A DNA stretch of 62,618 nucleotides, counting the filler, from Sphacelaria rigidula (lineage: Eukaryota), in NCBI GenBank assembly GCA_964200075.2. It is 5 parts of 5 records of this genome, joined end to end, with 100 filler letters (N's around TTAATTAATTAA, not from the genome) between each part and the next. Parts side by side here need not be neighbours in the genome. Positions count along the whole stretch, not along the records: positions 25,089 to 37,532 come from CAXNAA020003762.1; positions 37,633 to 50,075 come from CAXNAA020003763.1; 3 more parts are not named here. One strand, 5' to 3'. A program made the translations under genes and the position numbers. The notes beneath the pieces are model-generated. The model was not told the origin of the DNA. It was given only the letters and a program-made list of their open reading frames with translations, and did not search any database. Below, one piece after another: positions 26,121 to 37,719 of the stretch; the first letter of the stretch is position 1; every line of letters starts with the position of its first letter.

Positions 26121-27181
26121 ACGGTATCAAAATCCGCCAAGATCTATTTTAGGGCGTAATACGACGTAAAAATTCCAAAAAGATATTTTCCCGAATTTTT
26201 GTGTTTGTTATAAGCAGCGGCCTTGATGGCACTTTCCTTAACACTAGATGCTGATTACTAACCTTTACTCGTGAAAAAAAAACAGAGCGGCCCGTTTTTC
26301 TTCAGTTATGCCCTTTCATTTCTCTGTATCAAATTGAAGTCCAACACTCGATTCTGAGGTGACTTCCCGAAAACAGAGTGGAGTTGTTTTCGCAGGTGCT
26401 TCCGGACTTATTCGTATTAGAGGTATCTCAAACTTGAGGTTCCCGGCATTTATTGCTGTTATTCATATTTTTCTTATTTTTCTCATCATAATAGTTTATA
26501 ATACGATATCATTCCGATGTTTATTACTCTATTATTTCATAATCATTATTTCCGCACATGAACCCGATCTCTGGAACGCGTGGTCACAGACAGACCTACG
26601 CTCGTCTTCCAAGACCGCCCCCGTTATTCCTCACAATAGACAGTGCTCCCATTATCGTTTCTTCTGGGAGTAAAAAGTACAAATAGAAATACTGTGACAC
26701 GCCAGGAAAACAGAAGAGAATTACCATCCCCCTAACCCATGACCCATAACGACTCACCAATATACCACCCGAAATAAAACCGGTTGCCTGGGTTAGCTCG
26801 TACACCAAAGAAACGGGAAAGAGGAGGGCAATTTTACGAGGGAATAGAGTGGCTACTGAGCGACGGTCAAATCAATATCCCAGGCACCCTTGCGAGAGAA
26901 GTATGTGCCGGTATATTGGTCACATTTCGGCGGTCCTCGATAGGCACTGAGGGAACTCTAGCGGTAATACAGCAAACACTTCCTCATCATGGCGTGCTTT
27001 GGTGCAGGTCGTCTATACATGTTGGTCTCCTCCACGACTCAGTACCATTCGGAAACCTCTTGGGCAGCTTGTGCCAACGATGTCGCGTTATTCCGAAGTC
27101 GAAAGATGACCCGTAAAAATGTACCTATTCCGCTCGGACCGTGAGGTTTTGGATTACCATTCCTCCATACAAACATACAAA

Positions 27182-27551
27182 GGCGGTCTCCCTGGTGGCT
27201 GAGTTGGTAACTTCGAAACCTTTTGACGGTTAGGTCGTGGGTTCGGATCCCGGAGAGATCTTGTATTCTTTCCCACACCATGCCCACAGTGGAGAGCGAC
27301 TATGTCGTGGGTACACAAAATTTGACTCAACGGTCGACGAGGGAAAGGGACTGCTGCACCCCTCTCGCGAAAAAAATAAAGGCAGGCACCGCAGAAGGAA
27401 GGTGGGGTACCAAAACAAAACAAAACAAAAACAAAACAAACTGCTGTGTTGACCTTCCTCCTGTGTGACCCCGGCTGGTGCGCCCACATATACCGAAAGG
27501 TGTAGACCGGCGTCCAGACTAGATGGGACGACAACACAAGCACGCACACGC
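27182..27551 (+). mobile_element. tRNA-derived SINE, full length (~370 bp)
   Basis: A box TGGCTGAGTTGG, B box GGTTCGGATCC; body homologous to 60784-61136 (-) and 41945-42122 (-). Confidence 0.85.
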
Positions 27552-29218
27552 ATTCCTCCCTGTTACGATAAATCGAGGTAATATCAGATTCATATCAGAG
27601 CAGTTTTGAGCTGAAACAGGGCAATTTGTGAGTCTTTCGTAGTCGGCGATTTTCAGTAGATTTTTCGCTTGCTACCGCCCATCCCAGCGAACGCTTGCTC
27701 CCAAAGTTTGGAAATCGGGAGATATTGAGCATTCGCTCGACATTTCGAAGCAAAAACCACATCCGCGCTCAATTTTGAAGGACTTACTGGCTTAATTGGC
27801 AGAGGGCTTACTATATTTTTTCGGTTTAAAACACATCTCTTTTCCGCTCTTCTTGCGCAATATACTGGTAGAAATGAAACATAAGTGTCTGAAACAAATC
27901 CACGGGAGCGATCGGGATGTTTCACCCCCTCCTTGTGTTGTGCAGAGCTCGGTTGGGCAAGTGTCGTTTTTCGGCCTTCCTTTGTGAAGTTTGTCGTATG
28001 CTGTTCTTTCGTAGCACTCGAAACTCCTAGAATCATCAATACCAAAGATTTTGAGGGGAAAAGCAGATCGTGCTCAGGACACAACCCTTAATTGGTGTTG
28101 TCAGGTCGGTATGGAGTAAGTTCCTCGTTTACCAGGGGGTGTCGTCGACCGTCAATGAACCCAAAAATGCAGTTTTTCGGGTCTAGAGTAACGATGAGGC
28201 AGACATTCCTCTTCATTCGTTCACGAAAATGGTCGGGAGTGCTTCAATCGAGCGAAAATACTCGAGGTCAGAACCTGGCGTTGGCTGGTCGCAGGACCCC
28301 CGATGACCGGTCAGCCCGTAAATCGTGCAATATTATTTGCAGACATGATCTGTCTTCGGAATGTGAAGCGGGTGTCTAGTGTCTCCGGTCCCAAAACTTT
28401 GGGATCAAATATCCACGGGTATGAACGGTGGCAAGCGAAACACTTTGGAGAATCGCCGACTACGAAAAATTCAAAGATACCCTATTTTAGCTGAAACGTA
28501 CTGTACGCCTTCCTGTAGTACCACACCGTCGGAGTCAATTGGGGTACGTCCACTAACGTGGAAGGTTACTCTGGTTGTTTTCGTGACTTTTTTCATCAGC
28601 AGCTTTCTGTCCAGCCGCCCATGTGTCCACGAACGCCGTTCCATGGCACCTCGTGAGTCGAGAACTGTGGCGACACGGGGAAAACTCAACGTATAGAACT
28701 GGTCTGGAAATCCGAGGTTTGGACTTGAAGATATAGAGTTGAGATTCAAGCTAGGCTTGAGGTTGATAAGACGCGGGCGGTGTCAGTGGCACCCTCCCCG
28801 GTACCACCGTACGTCCCACTAGGCCGTCCCACTTGTACGTACCAGTGCCACAGGCACCATGCACGATAACAGAGGGCATGCCGTTTTGTTCGATGTAGCC
28901 GTCCCGCCACCATCACAAACAGTTATTCCGAAACCCTGGTGAGAACAAACAAGAAGTCGGTCTTTCTGTTGAACCCTTCACCGCAAAGGGATTAGATCAA
29001 CCACGAGTTTTCCCCCTTTTTTTCTTGTCGGCGTTTACTATCTCTATTACTTGAGGGTCTCTTGCTTGTTTCTGACCAGCGAGTCTTTCCGTGTACTTGA
29101 CCGTGGGTACATCCGTCCACCGTTTGACTACCCACGGTCATATTTGCAGCGGATCAGAGAACGTACATGATGTCCCATTCATCGCGACCGAACGTTTCTA
29201 TGATGCACCTGTATGCAG

Positions 29219-29341
29219 ATGGTCGTGTTTGGAGACTCCCTCTCCGACGCGGGCAGGAGATTCGTCGCCCCTGCCAGCTTCATCTTCTCGGAGATCGGCA
29301 AGTACCCCTGGGAAAAGCTCTACGACACGCAGGACCCAGAG
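29219..29341 (+). CDS. GDSL/SGNH lipase-esterase exon (block I)
   Basis: CAG|MVVFGDSLSDAGRRFVAPASFIFSEIGKYPWEKLYDTQDPE|GT; 123 bp, phase 0/0; not in the ORF track. Confidence 0.75.
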
Positions 29342-29640
29342 GTATAATCTACTACTATCTTGAGAAATATGAAGTCGCGCCGTTCGGAAACAGCCTACTT
29401 TCTGTGTATCGTTATTGCCTTGTTTCATCCCCGGCTGTCTATGTCGCATGTGCACAAATAAAATCGCACCGAAGAATGGTGTCTTGGCGCAGTTTGTGTG
29501 ATGGCTACATTTTGGGATCATCATCGAGCCCAGGGCTTCTGTGCCCACTTTGTTTTACTGATACATGCGACAATAGCGGAGGGGGTGGGCGCGTACTCAT
29601 TCGTTGCCCCACGCATCCCTTGCGATAATAAACACCGTTG

Positions 29641-29957
29641 AACAGGGGATTCTATAAAATGAGGTTGATCAATGAAATGAGGTTTGAGGAGGCTAGCTAG
29701 TTTGCGATAAAAACCCGAGGGAAGTACCGTCCGCTAGTGCCTTCGATCATTTTCGGGGGGGTGAGGCATACTCATACGTTGCTTGCTTAACCTTTCGAGA
29801 CGGGCGTGGTCAATGGTCAAACGACGAAGGCAAGCAACAAATGAGTACGCCCCGCCCCCCCGGAACTGATCGAAGGCACTTGCGGACGGTACTTCCCTCG
29901 GGTTTTGGTCGCATACTGGCCAGCCTCCTCAAACCTCATTATATTTAATCCCCTGTT
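29641..29957. mobile_element. Palindromic MITE of the 'gtcaatggtc..aaggcaagcaa' family
   Basis: ~110-bp arms (aaacccgagggaagtaccgtccgc / gcggacggtacttccctcgggttt). Confidence 0.75.
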
Positions 29958-29989
29958 GTTGGTTCCTACTAGAGATACCTCCAACATTC

Positions 29990-31352
29990 GGGCGATCATT
30001 ACGTTTCTTCCATGCATCACACGAACACCTTGTGCGTATCGTATCCCCGTCCTGTTTCAGCGTTTGCGGCCACCATCTATCTCCTGTAATAGTAAAGCGA
30101 TCATTTTCTCGCTACTCTTGATGTATCAAATGATTCCCTTTGACATTCGTTTACTTTCCACATTTCCCTCCTCCAACATGTCCCGTTCCTCGTTGTATAG
30201 TTCACATTCTGCCATTGTATGATTTCTTTCCTCCATCGTTTTGCCAAGGGGGCAATTCTGTGCATCTGCTTTTCCTCCGACCTACTGCTGGTATGGAGCT
30301 CTTCCTTCTCTCTGGCATGTCGAGGTTTCCCAACCGAAATCGCAGTTTCGTTTTTTTGCTGAGTCCATCAGATGATGCAGGTATGTTTTTATCCCCACCC
30401 TCTCCCAATCCCCCGTATATCTTCATGTTTTCTTCCTTGTCTACTTTCTGTCGTTGCGTTTCTTTTCCCCTTATTTGTATCGTGTCTCTTACTTTTGTGT
30501 TGTACCTGCTACATTCACCTCTGGATTTTATATCATCTTTGATTCCTCCCATGCCCGTCCATGCTTTCTCGTCTACGCTATCCCACCATATTCCAGCCTG
30601 CGCTTCCGTCACTTTCGTCCATACGGCCTCATCAAATATGGCTGGCACTCTTCTTCTTCGGATGCTTCTTACGCTGTGATATTTTTTGTTCCAAGTGGGT
30701 ACAATCGCAACTCCGCTCTCAATGCTGTGTTGTTCGTCGTTTTTTAACATCCAACTAGTTTCTCAGCTGCTGTCAGCTTCACTACTGTTTCCAGCCTCTT
30801 CACCAACTTCGAATTCCCCTCCCATACTTGCGTATTTCGCAGCCTTGGCACGATCGCACAAATCAAAATACATCTCAAGATACTAGTATCGCAGTGCGAA
30901 TCTCGAGGGATCACGTCCATTTTTCCTATCCGTGCTTTACCCTTTTCTCATATTGTATTCTGTGTACATCCCAACAAACAACAGTCTTTTGAGATCTCTA
31001 CGCCAATATATGCATACTGGTCTACGATCGGCAGTTCCTGTTCTCCCCACTTCCATTTCAACTTTGCCGGGTTTTCCTCGTCTTCGTTACATACGAATAC
31101 CGCGCATTTGTTTGCATTCGCTGTCATTCTCCATTTCCCTAGTGTATTCTAGCGTCTTCTCTGTGAGCTCCTGCAATCCTTCTGGCGGCTCTGATATGCC
31201 AACGAAATCTTCCGCGAACATCGATCCCGATACTGTTTTTTGCCCCCACTTTGACTGCTTGCTTTACTGCTTCTATTGCTAGCGTCGGTTCTTTAAAGAC
31301 TTTGAATAAAGTGGGTGGCCACGTACATCCTTATGTAACTCCTTGTAAACTA
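29990..31352 (-). mobile_element. Degenerate LINE, RT domains 4-7 and C-terminal region
   Basis: LQGVT*GCTWPPTLFKVF (domain 4); MFAEDFVGISE..EGLQ (domain 5, FADD decayed); KWGEQELPIVDQYAYIGV; stops and frameshifts. Confidence 0.85.
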
Positions 31353-31719
31353 CTCCCTCCGCTCATAGATATAAGGTCGGTGAAGACAGAATGCGGTCTA
31401 ACTCGCGCCAGTCTTATTCTTTTCCCAACCGTTCTTTTCCGCGATTCCGCCGCGCTGGCGCGGGACGCACAGAACCGGTCTCTTTTTTCACTCCGACCGA
31501 AAAGCTTATCTCAACCCAGCACAATTCGCTCGAAATTACCACCACAACTTTGTACCTCCGGTCAAAAGCCTCCCGATCTTCTGGTGAGGCATGTCCGCAG
31601 CTGGGAGTGCCTCCAAGGTGTCAAAACGCAAAAATCTCGACAATTTGGAAATAGCAGCTGTGATTCGGCACCTTCTTGCTAGCGGCAAGAAGGTTAGGGT
31701 AAGGGTCAGGGTTGGAGTC

Positions 31720-31949
31720 TGTGACGCCAGCCAGTGGAAGCACTGGTGGATCACTGCTGTTGAGGGACTTCCCAGTCTTACTAGCCTCAGTTTCAGTTGT
31801 CAGCCTTTGCAACATTCTCATTATTCAGGAGTGACCTTCCAGGGCACCAGCTTTCTAGACCTGCAGATACATACCATCTCCGTGTCCCCGGCCATTATCC
31901 AGAACCCTCCAGAATCTCCGTGCCCCCAGTCATTATCCATATCGTCACT
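31720..31949. repeat. 3' LTR (probably full length, ~230 bp)
   Basis: Starts tgtgacg and ends cgtcact, a near-inverted terminus. Confidence 0.7.
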
Positions 31950-32056
31950 ACCAACTCAACGTGATGGCGTATTTTCGTCACAGCACTCCCAAAGCGCGTT
32001 GGACGAAAATCGATCAACATGCTTGAAACATAGAAAACGCCAAAACGATGAGTAAG

Positions 32057-32269
32057 TCACAATCGAATGCCAAACTCACTCGTAATGCGAGCAGCAACGG
32101 CACGAGCCACGCGCAATTTACGCAACTCCTTCGTGAGAAATTCCGGAGCGGCCTCAAAAATATCCTTGAATGGCCCCCACGTACGCTCCTCAAGTTCGAA
32201 ACCAACCCAGTCGACCAACACGAGCAACGAACGATCATCTGCTTCTGCTACTCGGACAATACCAGCCAT
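32057..32269 (-). pseudogene. Integrase C-terminal chromodomain
   Basis: LLVLVDWVGFELEERTWGPFKDIFEAAPE fits a chromodomain (V.W.GF..E.TWEP). Confidence 0.8.
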
Positions 32270-32399
32270 CTGAAATTGCCCCTGATTGAAATCATGCTGG
32301 AAGGAACACGTCCTTCACGTCAGCCGTAACATTAAGCTGCGAGTCTGCTGCATAAAAACGCAAACGAGCTGCATGGGCTGTCTGAACACGACCCGAAAC

Positions 32400-33716
32400 A
32401 ATGTTCTGAATCTCAAACGCGTGCGGGTGGTGACCACCAACCACTCTCCATGGCCCAGTTCACGTCGCCATCAACTTGGGCGTAACGCCCGGAGGACGCA
32501 CGCGTGCATACAAGACATAGTCGCCTACCTCAAAACTCGGCAATTCCAGCCCCGACGAGGACCCCTCACGTCTACGCGCACGTTCAGCGGAAACACGTTC
32601 CTGCACTTGAAGGTGGAAACGTTCTTGCAAGTCCAAGACTCCTTGCAATGCACGCTTAATTTGGACATCGTCCAAAACATCACAATTCCATTCCCCCACC
32701 GACGAAGATCATGAGTACACCACCGACGAAGAGGCCAGCACCGAGAAAGACGTCCGAGGAGCACAACCAAACATCACGTGGTACGGCGTACTATCGTACC
32801 GACGACGATACGCTGTCAAAAGGGCCTATTGCACCGCGGGCAACACGTCCACCCACTCGGAAACCGCGCTACGCTGCTCGAGAAGAATGGAGCAAAGAGC
32901 ACGAACTACTTCCTTGAGGATGCTTTCGCACGTACTGTTAGAACACGGAGAATACGCTACCGCAAACTGGTGATCAACGCGCAAAGCCCCTCGCAATCGG
33001 GCCAAGATCGCATTCTTGAAATGTGTGGCGGTATCACTCACCCACACACGCGGCACCCCCAACGTTTTGCACCAATTCAGCAAAGATGCAGCGGTCGATT
33101 CAGCAGTGCACACTACTACTGGTTCCATAGCCACAAAGTTGCTCAAATCACCCATCATTACCAAAATGTATCGAAACCTAGCATCCTCCGACAAACCTTT
33201 GGAAGCTAGCGGGCCTCTCTCGCCCACGTACAAGAAGTCAAAATGAACGACTCCATTCGGCGTGGTCCCATGGACCGTTTCGCCGAGCGGGCAGAGAACA
33301 ACATTTCCCGCCCTCGTGTCAGCACGGTGAAGACACTGGCGGACAAATTTGCGCACATGAGTTTCCATTCCCTCCCAGACACAAAACTCTTGCAAGCGCA
33401 CGAGCGTCACAGCCACACCACGATGCCCGGCGTCGCGCATGTGCGCGTATATCATCAGACGTATCTGCAACTGGTTGTCAGAACTGGGAATCCATGAAAC
33501 GTTTTGGCCACGCACATGCACACGAAACAGACCTTCACTGTCCAAGATAGCAGTACCAACGTCCGACTCGAAAGATTGCACATCCGCATCTTCGGCCCCA
33601 AGGTATTTTCGTTGCGCTTGGCGGACAACAGATTTGGACGGCATCGAGTCCTCAGGTTCACACGGACCATACACAGCCACAGCGCGCACAGGCATTTGAA
33701 TTTCAACTGTAGGCAC
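32400..33716 (-). pseudogene. Gypsy integrase (Zn finger, DDE core, GPY/F), interrupted by stops
   Basis: HMRDAGHRG...FVRQCLH; VHFDFL; VSDTATHF; AYSPCSNSTCE; FEVGDYVL...KLMAT. Confidence 0.88.
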
Positions 33717-34951
33717 CTACATGACCAAACTACCCCAATGACACTCAAATGCATACGGAAACATCAACACTTGACAACCAGGACGAGGATGGAACAGCGT
33801 CACAGCATGAGCCACCAGATCCTTCGCTGACGCCCACGCCTGCAGCCTGCCCTCCGTCCACGATGCAGCCTTCTTCGAAAACGCCACATCTGGGCTGGAC
33901 CACCCCGCCTGCGAGTCCCGTAACACTAACCCGAGCGCCAAAAGAGCCACCATTCACAGCGCCAAGCAACTCAACTTCACTGGATCGTACCGCCGCGATT
34001 TCGTCTTCACCACGGACGCTCCAGGTTTGAGCTGAACACGCATGGGCTCCACGCGCGCAGGGGGATCACCCCGCAGCGCGCGACGAAACGCGTTGACGCA
34101 GCTAAGCAATATGCCGTGCAGGCGCTTCGCTTTTGAGACGCTGAGGCTTTTCGCCCCAGCATCCGTCACGCTCTCCTCCAGCGCGACTTTTCGAGCGGGC
34201 TCCTCTTCCGCCGGAATCATTAACATCTCCGGGCCGTGCTCTACTAAGCGTTCCACCGCCGCATCCCGCTCCTCGGTCATCTGCCCTCCAGCCTCCTGAG
34301 AAGCATCCACCAACAAGCTCACGCGACGACTGCCCACAACGGCGGGCGTCTCCAAGCGCGAACCAGGCGGAGACATCTGCGTCTTTATGGAGTCCCACAA
34401 CTGCCGAGCGTTGACTCCAACATTCTGAATCATCGGCAACCGCAGAAGAATGACGCCTTCCGACCCCGGCATGATCCCGAACGAGATCGGAAGCTACTAC
34501 CCCGGCCCCCAGGAAGTCATCAAAGTTAGCTGCAGCGGAAGAGTACGCTCTGTGACATGAAGGTACAGAACCGACGCAGTGATGGCCTGCCGAGCCCCGA
34601 GCAAAAATGGAATGCGCAGCGGCACACCCGGGAGAAGACGCTCCAACATCTCTACAATCTGTACCGACAGACTCGCATGACCCGTCTAGTGGGCGCCAGA
34701 ATCCCACTCAGCCTGAGCCGCAATGGCACCACGCTCCCGTTGATTTGGGAGACACAGCTCCGCAGGAACGTAGTCGTCCGCAAACTCCACTGGCGATTTA
34801 TTGGCCGACCGATGCGCCGCTAATCCCACTTGACGCCACGGCTGCGCAAGCTGCGCAAGCTGCGCAGGCGAGAACGCCCCGGCAGGTTCAAACGGAACCC
34901 CCGGCGGGTATGACTCCCGGCCAGCAGACCAAGAATTTGACGAACCTCCGG

Positions 34952-35133
34952 TCAGCGCGTCAGCAGGCGTCGCGCCTGGTGGTGCTGCCGGTGTCGGCGC
35001 CGGTGCCACCACCGGCGCCGACGCAGTGTTCGACACTGTATAAGTCGGCCCCACCTGCACCGCCCGTTGCGGAGCAGCAGCACCTCCGGCGGCGCCGGAC
35101 CCACAACCAGGCCCATGCTGCCGTCGCTGCGGC

Positions 35134-35165
<32 letters not shown>

Positions 35166-35656
35166 CTGCGGGCTCGCCTGCGACCCTCCATCGCCGGAGG
35201 ATCCGCGGCCACCACCCCGATTACCTCGTGTATTGCCCTTGTGCTGACGATGCTGACGGCGTGCGGCATGTGACTGCCCAGACTCTCCACCGGAAGGCGT
35301 TGGGCAATCGCGCGTGTAATGACCGACCTGGCCACAACAGTGGCAAGTGCCCCCGCATGCCCAGCATGCCTTTTTATCGCCGCAACCAATTGCGGCGGGG
35401 TGATTATGATCTTATGCTCCAAACGAGCAAACACTCTCTGCACATAAGTTGGCTTTTGTTGAGCCACTGGCACCACCTGATGCCTCATAGCACCCCCTGT
35501 GCTAGCGTGCTTCACACGCTTCCTGTATTTAAAGTACTTTGTAATAAAAGTGCGAGATGCACTCTCTGAGTACCTATCCCCGTTTTGGGGAGGATGTAAC
35601 TCTTTCCGCATAACCACGAGTGTCACGGTGGACGTACCTCGTGAGCCGGTAGCCAT
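34952..35656 (-). pseudogene. Putative gag remnant
   Basis: First long ORF after the 5' LTR, upstream of the pol fragments; basic, low-complexity tail; identified by position only. Confidence 0.6.
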
Positions 35657-36219
35657 AGCTGTAGCTGTAACCGGTTACCTGCGAAGAGGGATGCTACAGT
35701 AGGGGTGCGCAAATATTTTCTGAGGTTTGAATTATTAAAAGCCCTTTTTCTCATCCAAGACACGACCTATGAAATATGTGAGAGTACGCTAGGGTTACTA
35801 GTTCAACGTGCTAGGGATGTCCCACATGAATTTTCGAACGGGGGTGCCCTGACCCATGTTCTTGTGCATCTAGAATCTTTAGGAGCCCCTGAAACACACG
35901 ATATTTCGCGCAAAAAGTGCACCCCAACCGTAGTATTGCTCCGAACCTCTGCAGGCCAGCGGACCTTCGCGAACTGATCTTTCCTTGCTTCGTCGCCGCA
36001 CCACACAGTCGCAGGAGCCTCTAAACTCCCGCTGCACGCAGCTTCAGCAAGTCTCCAGTCTGGATCAATCACAGGCCAGCCGCCTTTCTGCAGCTGCCTC
36101 AGCCGGAACCCTCTCCACGCGTCCGTGGTGTATCGGGTTACCACAGCTACCAGACTCCTACCGAAATTCTTTCCAGCAGGTTTCTAGCACTAACACTAGC
36201 ACTAGCATAATATCCATAT

Positions 36220-36380
36220 TGTGACGCCAGCCAGTGGAAGCATTGTTGGATCACTGCTTTTGAAGAACTCCCCAGTCTTACTGGCCTCAGTTTCAGTTGT
36301 CAGCCTGTACAACATTCTCATTTTTCAGGAGTGACCTTCCAGGGCACCAGCTTTCTAGACCTGCAGATACATACCATCTC
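36220..36380. repeat. 5' LTR, truncated on its outer side
   Basis: Matches 31720-31880, then abuts LINE sequence. Confidence 0.85.
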
Positions 36381-36825
36381 TAGGGAACTCTCTCTGCAGT
36401 TCTTTGCAGCCCGTATCCCCCCGCCTTGATTCTTCTCTATTCGCCTCTGCCCACGCGTCGACTTATTTTTTGAATGCCATGTCGAACATCTTATTAGTTT
36501 CTGGCGTTCTTAATGTACGGTAGTGTTCGACCTGTACTTCCCTCTTCCGCTTTGTACAACTGTCCATTTTACTGCTTTGTGCCCATAGTGTGGTTATTTG
36601 CGTGCCTATCCTTCCTTACCTTTCGCCCATTATCCCTAATATCTACACCGACATCGGCGTCATCCTGCTATCGCAATCTCCATTTGTTTTTTTTTTGCTA
36701 CATATTTCCATATTCTGGTATTTTTTATCCCACCATGTTTTTACTTCATTTCGAGCGTTCGCATACTTCTCTCACCCTATCGTAGTTTTCCTCGATATAT
36801 ATCTGCCGTGACGGTCCACGTCAAC
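36381..36825 (-). mobile_element. Degenerate LINE, endonuclease-RT linker
   Basis: KTWWDKK... and TPETNKMFDMAFKK*VDAWAEAN...LQREF; same strand and upstream of the RT piece at 29990-31352. Confidence 0.65.
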
Positions 36826-36827
36826 AC

Positions 36828-36980
36828 TTTTAGGATCGGACTCCCAAAAACATGGTGTTCGCACGCAGGGATCTTTTTGATACTCGGTATCATCGTCACT
36901 CGTTTTCAAGTCAGAATGATGCCGATTCACCAAAAGGCCCTTGCGTGCAAACACCGAATCTCTGGGAGTCCGGTCCCAAA
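36828..36980. repeat. Small foldback MITE (~150 bp)
   Basis: taggatcggactcccaaa..gcacgcaggg vs cccttgcgtgc..tgggagtccggtcccaaa. Confidence 0.7.
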
Positions 36981-37532
36981 GGAGGTAAGCAAACACCTGT
37001 ATTACCCACGTTTTTTGCGCATAGATGCGGTTCCATTTCCTTACTATTTCCATGCTCCACCGCTGCGTAGTCAAGAATGGAGCTCTTCTATATTTTGATG
37101 CATTAGAGGGTACGGGAACAACGATGGCTATTCTGGGAGATAGATGGTCGCCACAGACGGCGAAGTAGGACGAGGGTAAGATTTGTAAACTGTTTTCGCG
37201 AAACGTATGGAACGAAACGTAATGGGCACCGAAATGTCGGAGGTGTCTCATCAGGAGTAGGAACGGTGCCCCGTCCTGAAAGGGATACGTGGTCAATGGC
37301 CACACGACTAAGGCAAGCAACAAATGAGTACGATCTCCCCCCACCCACCCGAGCCTGGTCCGGCGAGAACTCGGCGTGCTCCGTCCCGGCTTTGTAGGGG
37401 CGGACCCCCGATGGGGTTGGCGTCGGGGTTGGCGTCGGTTGGCGATGACGCTATAAAACACGCCACTCACTACGTGAGCTAGGCAACCAGGTTACCGCTT
37501 TGTTTCGCGCGCTCGCGTTTTTTTTGCGGTAA

Positions 37533-37632
37533 NNNNNNNNNNNNNNNNNNNNNNNNNNNNNNNNNNNNNNNNNNNNTTAATTAATTAANNNNNNNNNNNN
37601 NNNNNNNNNNNNNNNNNNNNNNNNNNNNNNNN
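37533..37632. other. Assembly spacer 3
   Basis: Same 100-bp N/linker structure. Confidence 0.98.
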
Positions 37633-37688
37633 GTGGCACCGCCGCCCACCGCTGGCGCTCGTGCCTCGTGGCGCGGTATGGGGGGCGG

Positions 37689-37719
<31 letters not shown>

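Larger units (their letters stand above)
31720..36380 (-). mobile_element. Ty3/gypsy chromodomain-containing LTR retrotransposon, internally deleted
   Basis: Direct repeats 31720-31880 / 36220-36380 (10 mismatches in 161 bp, start TGTGACG); gag, PR remnant, RT start, RH start, integrase and chromodomain in order on the minus strand. Confidence 0.92.

Noticed and set aside
28598..28716. Upstream exon of the GDSL gene
   Set aside because: The phase-compatible frame contains a TGA; not supportable.
31693..31713. Telomere
   Set aside because: Only 3-4 degenerate TTAGGG-like units, internal to the contig.
34607..35569. 320-aa plus-strand ORF
   Set aside because: Antisense shadow of the GC-rich gag region; no recognisable motifs.
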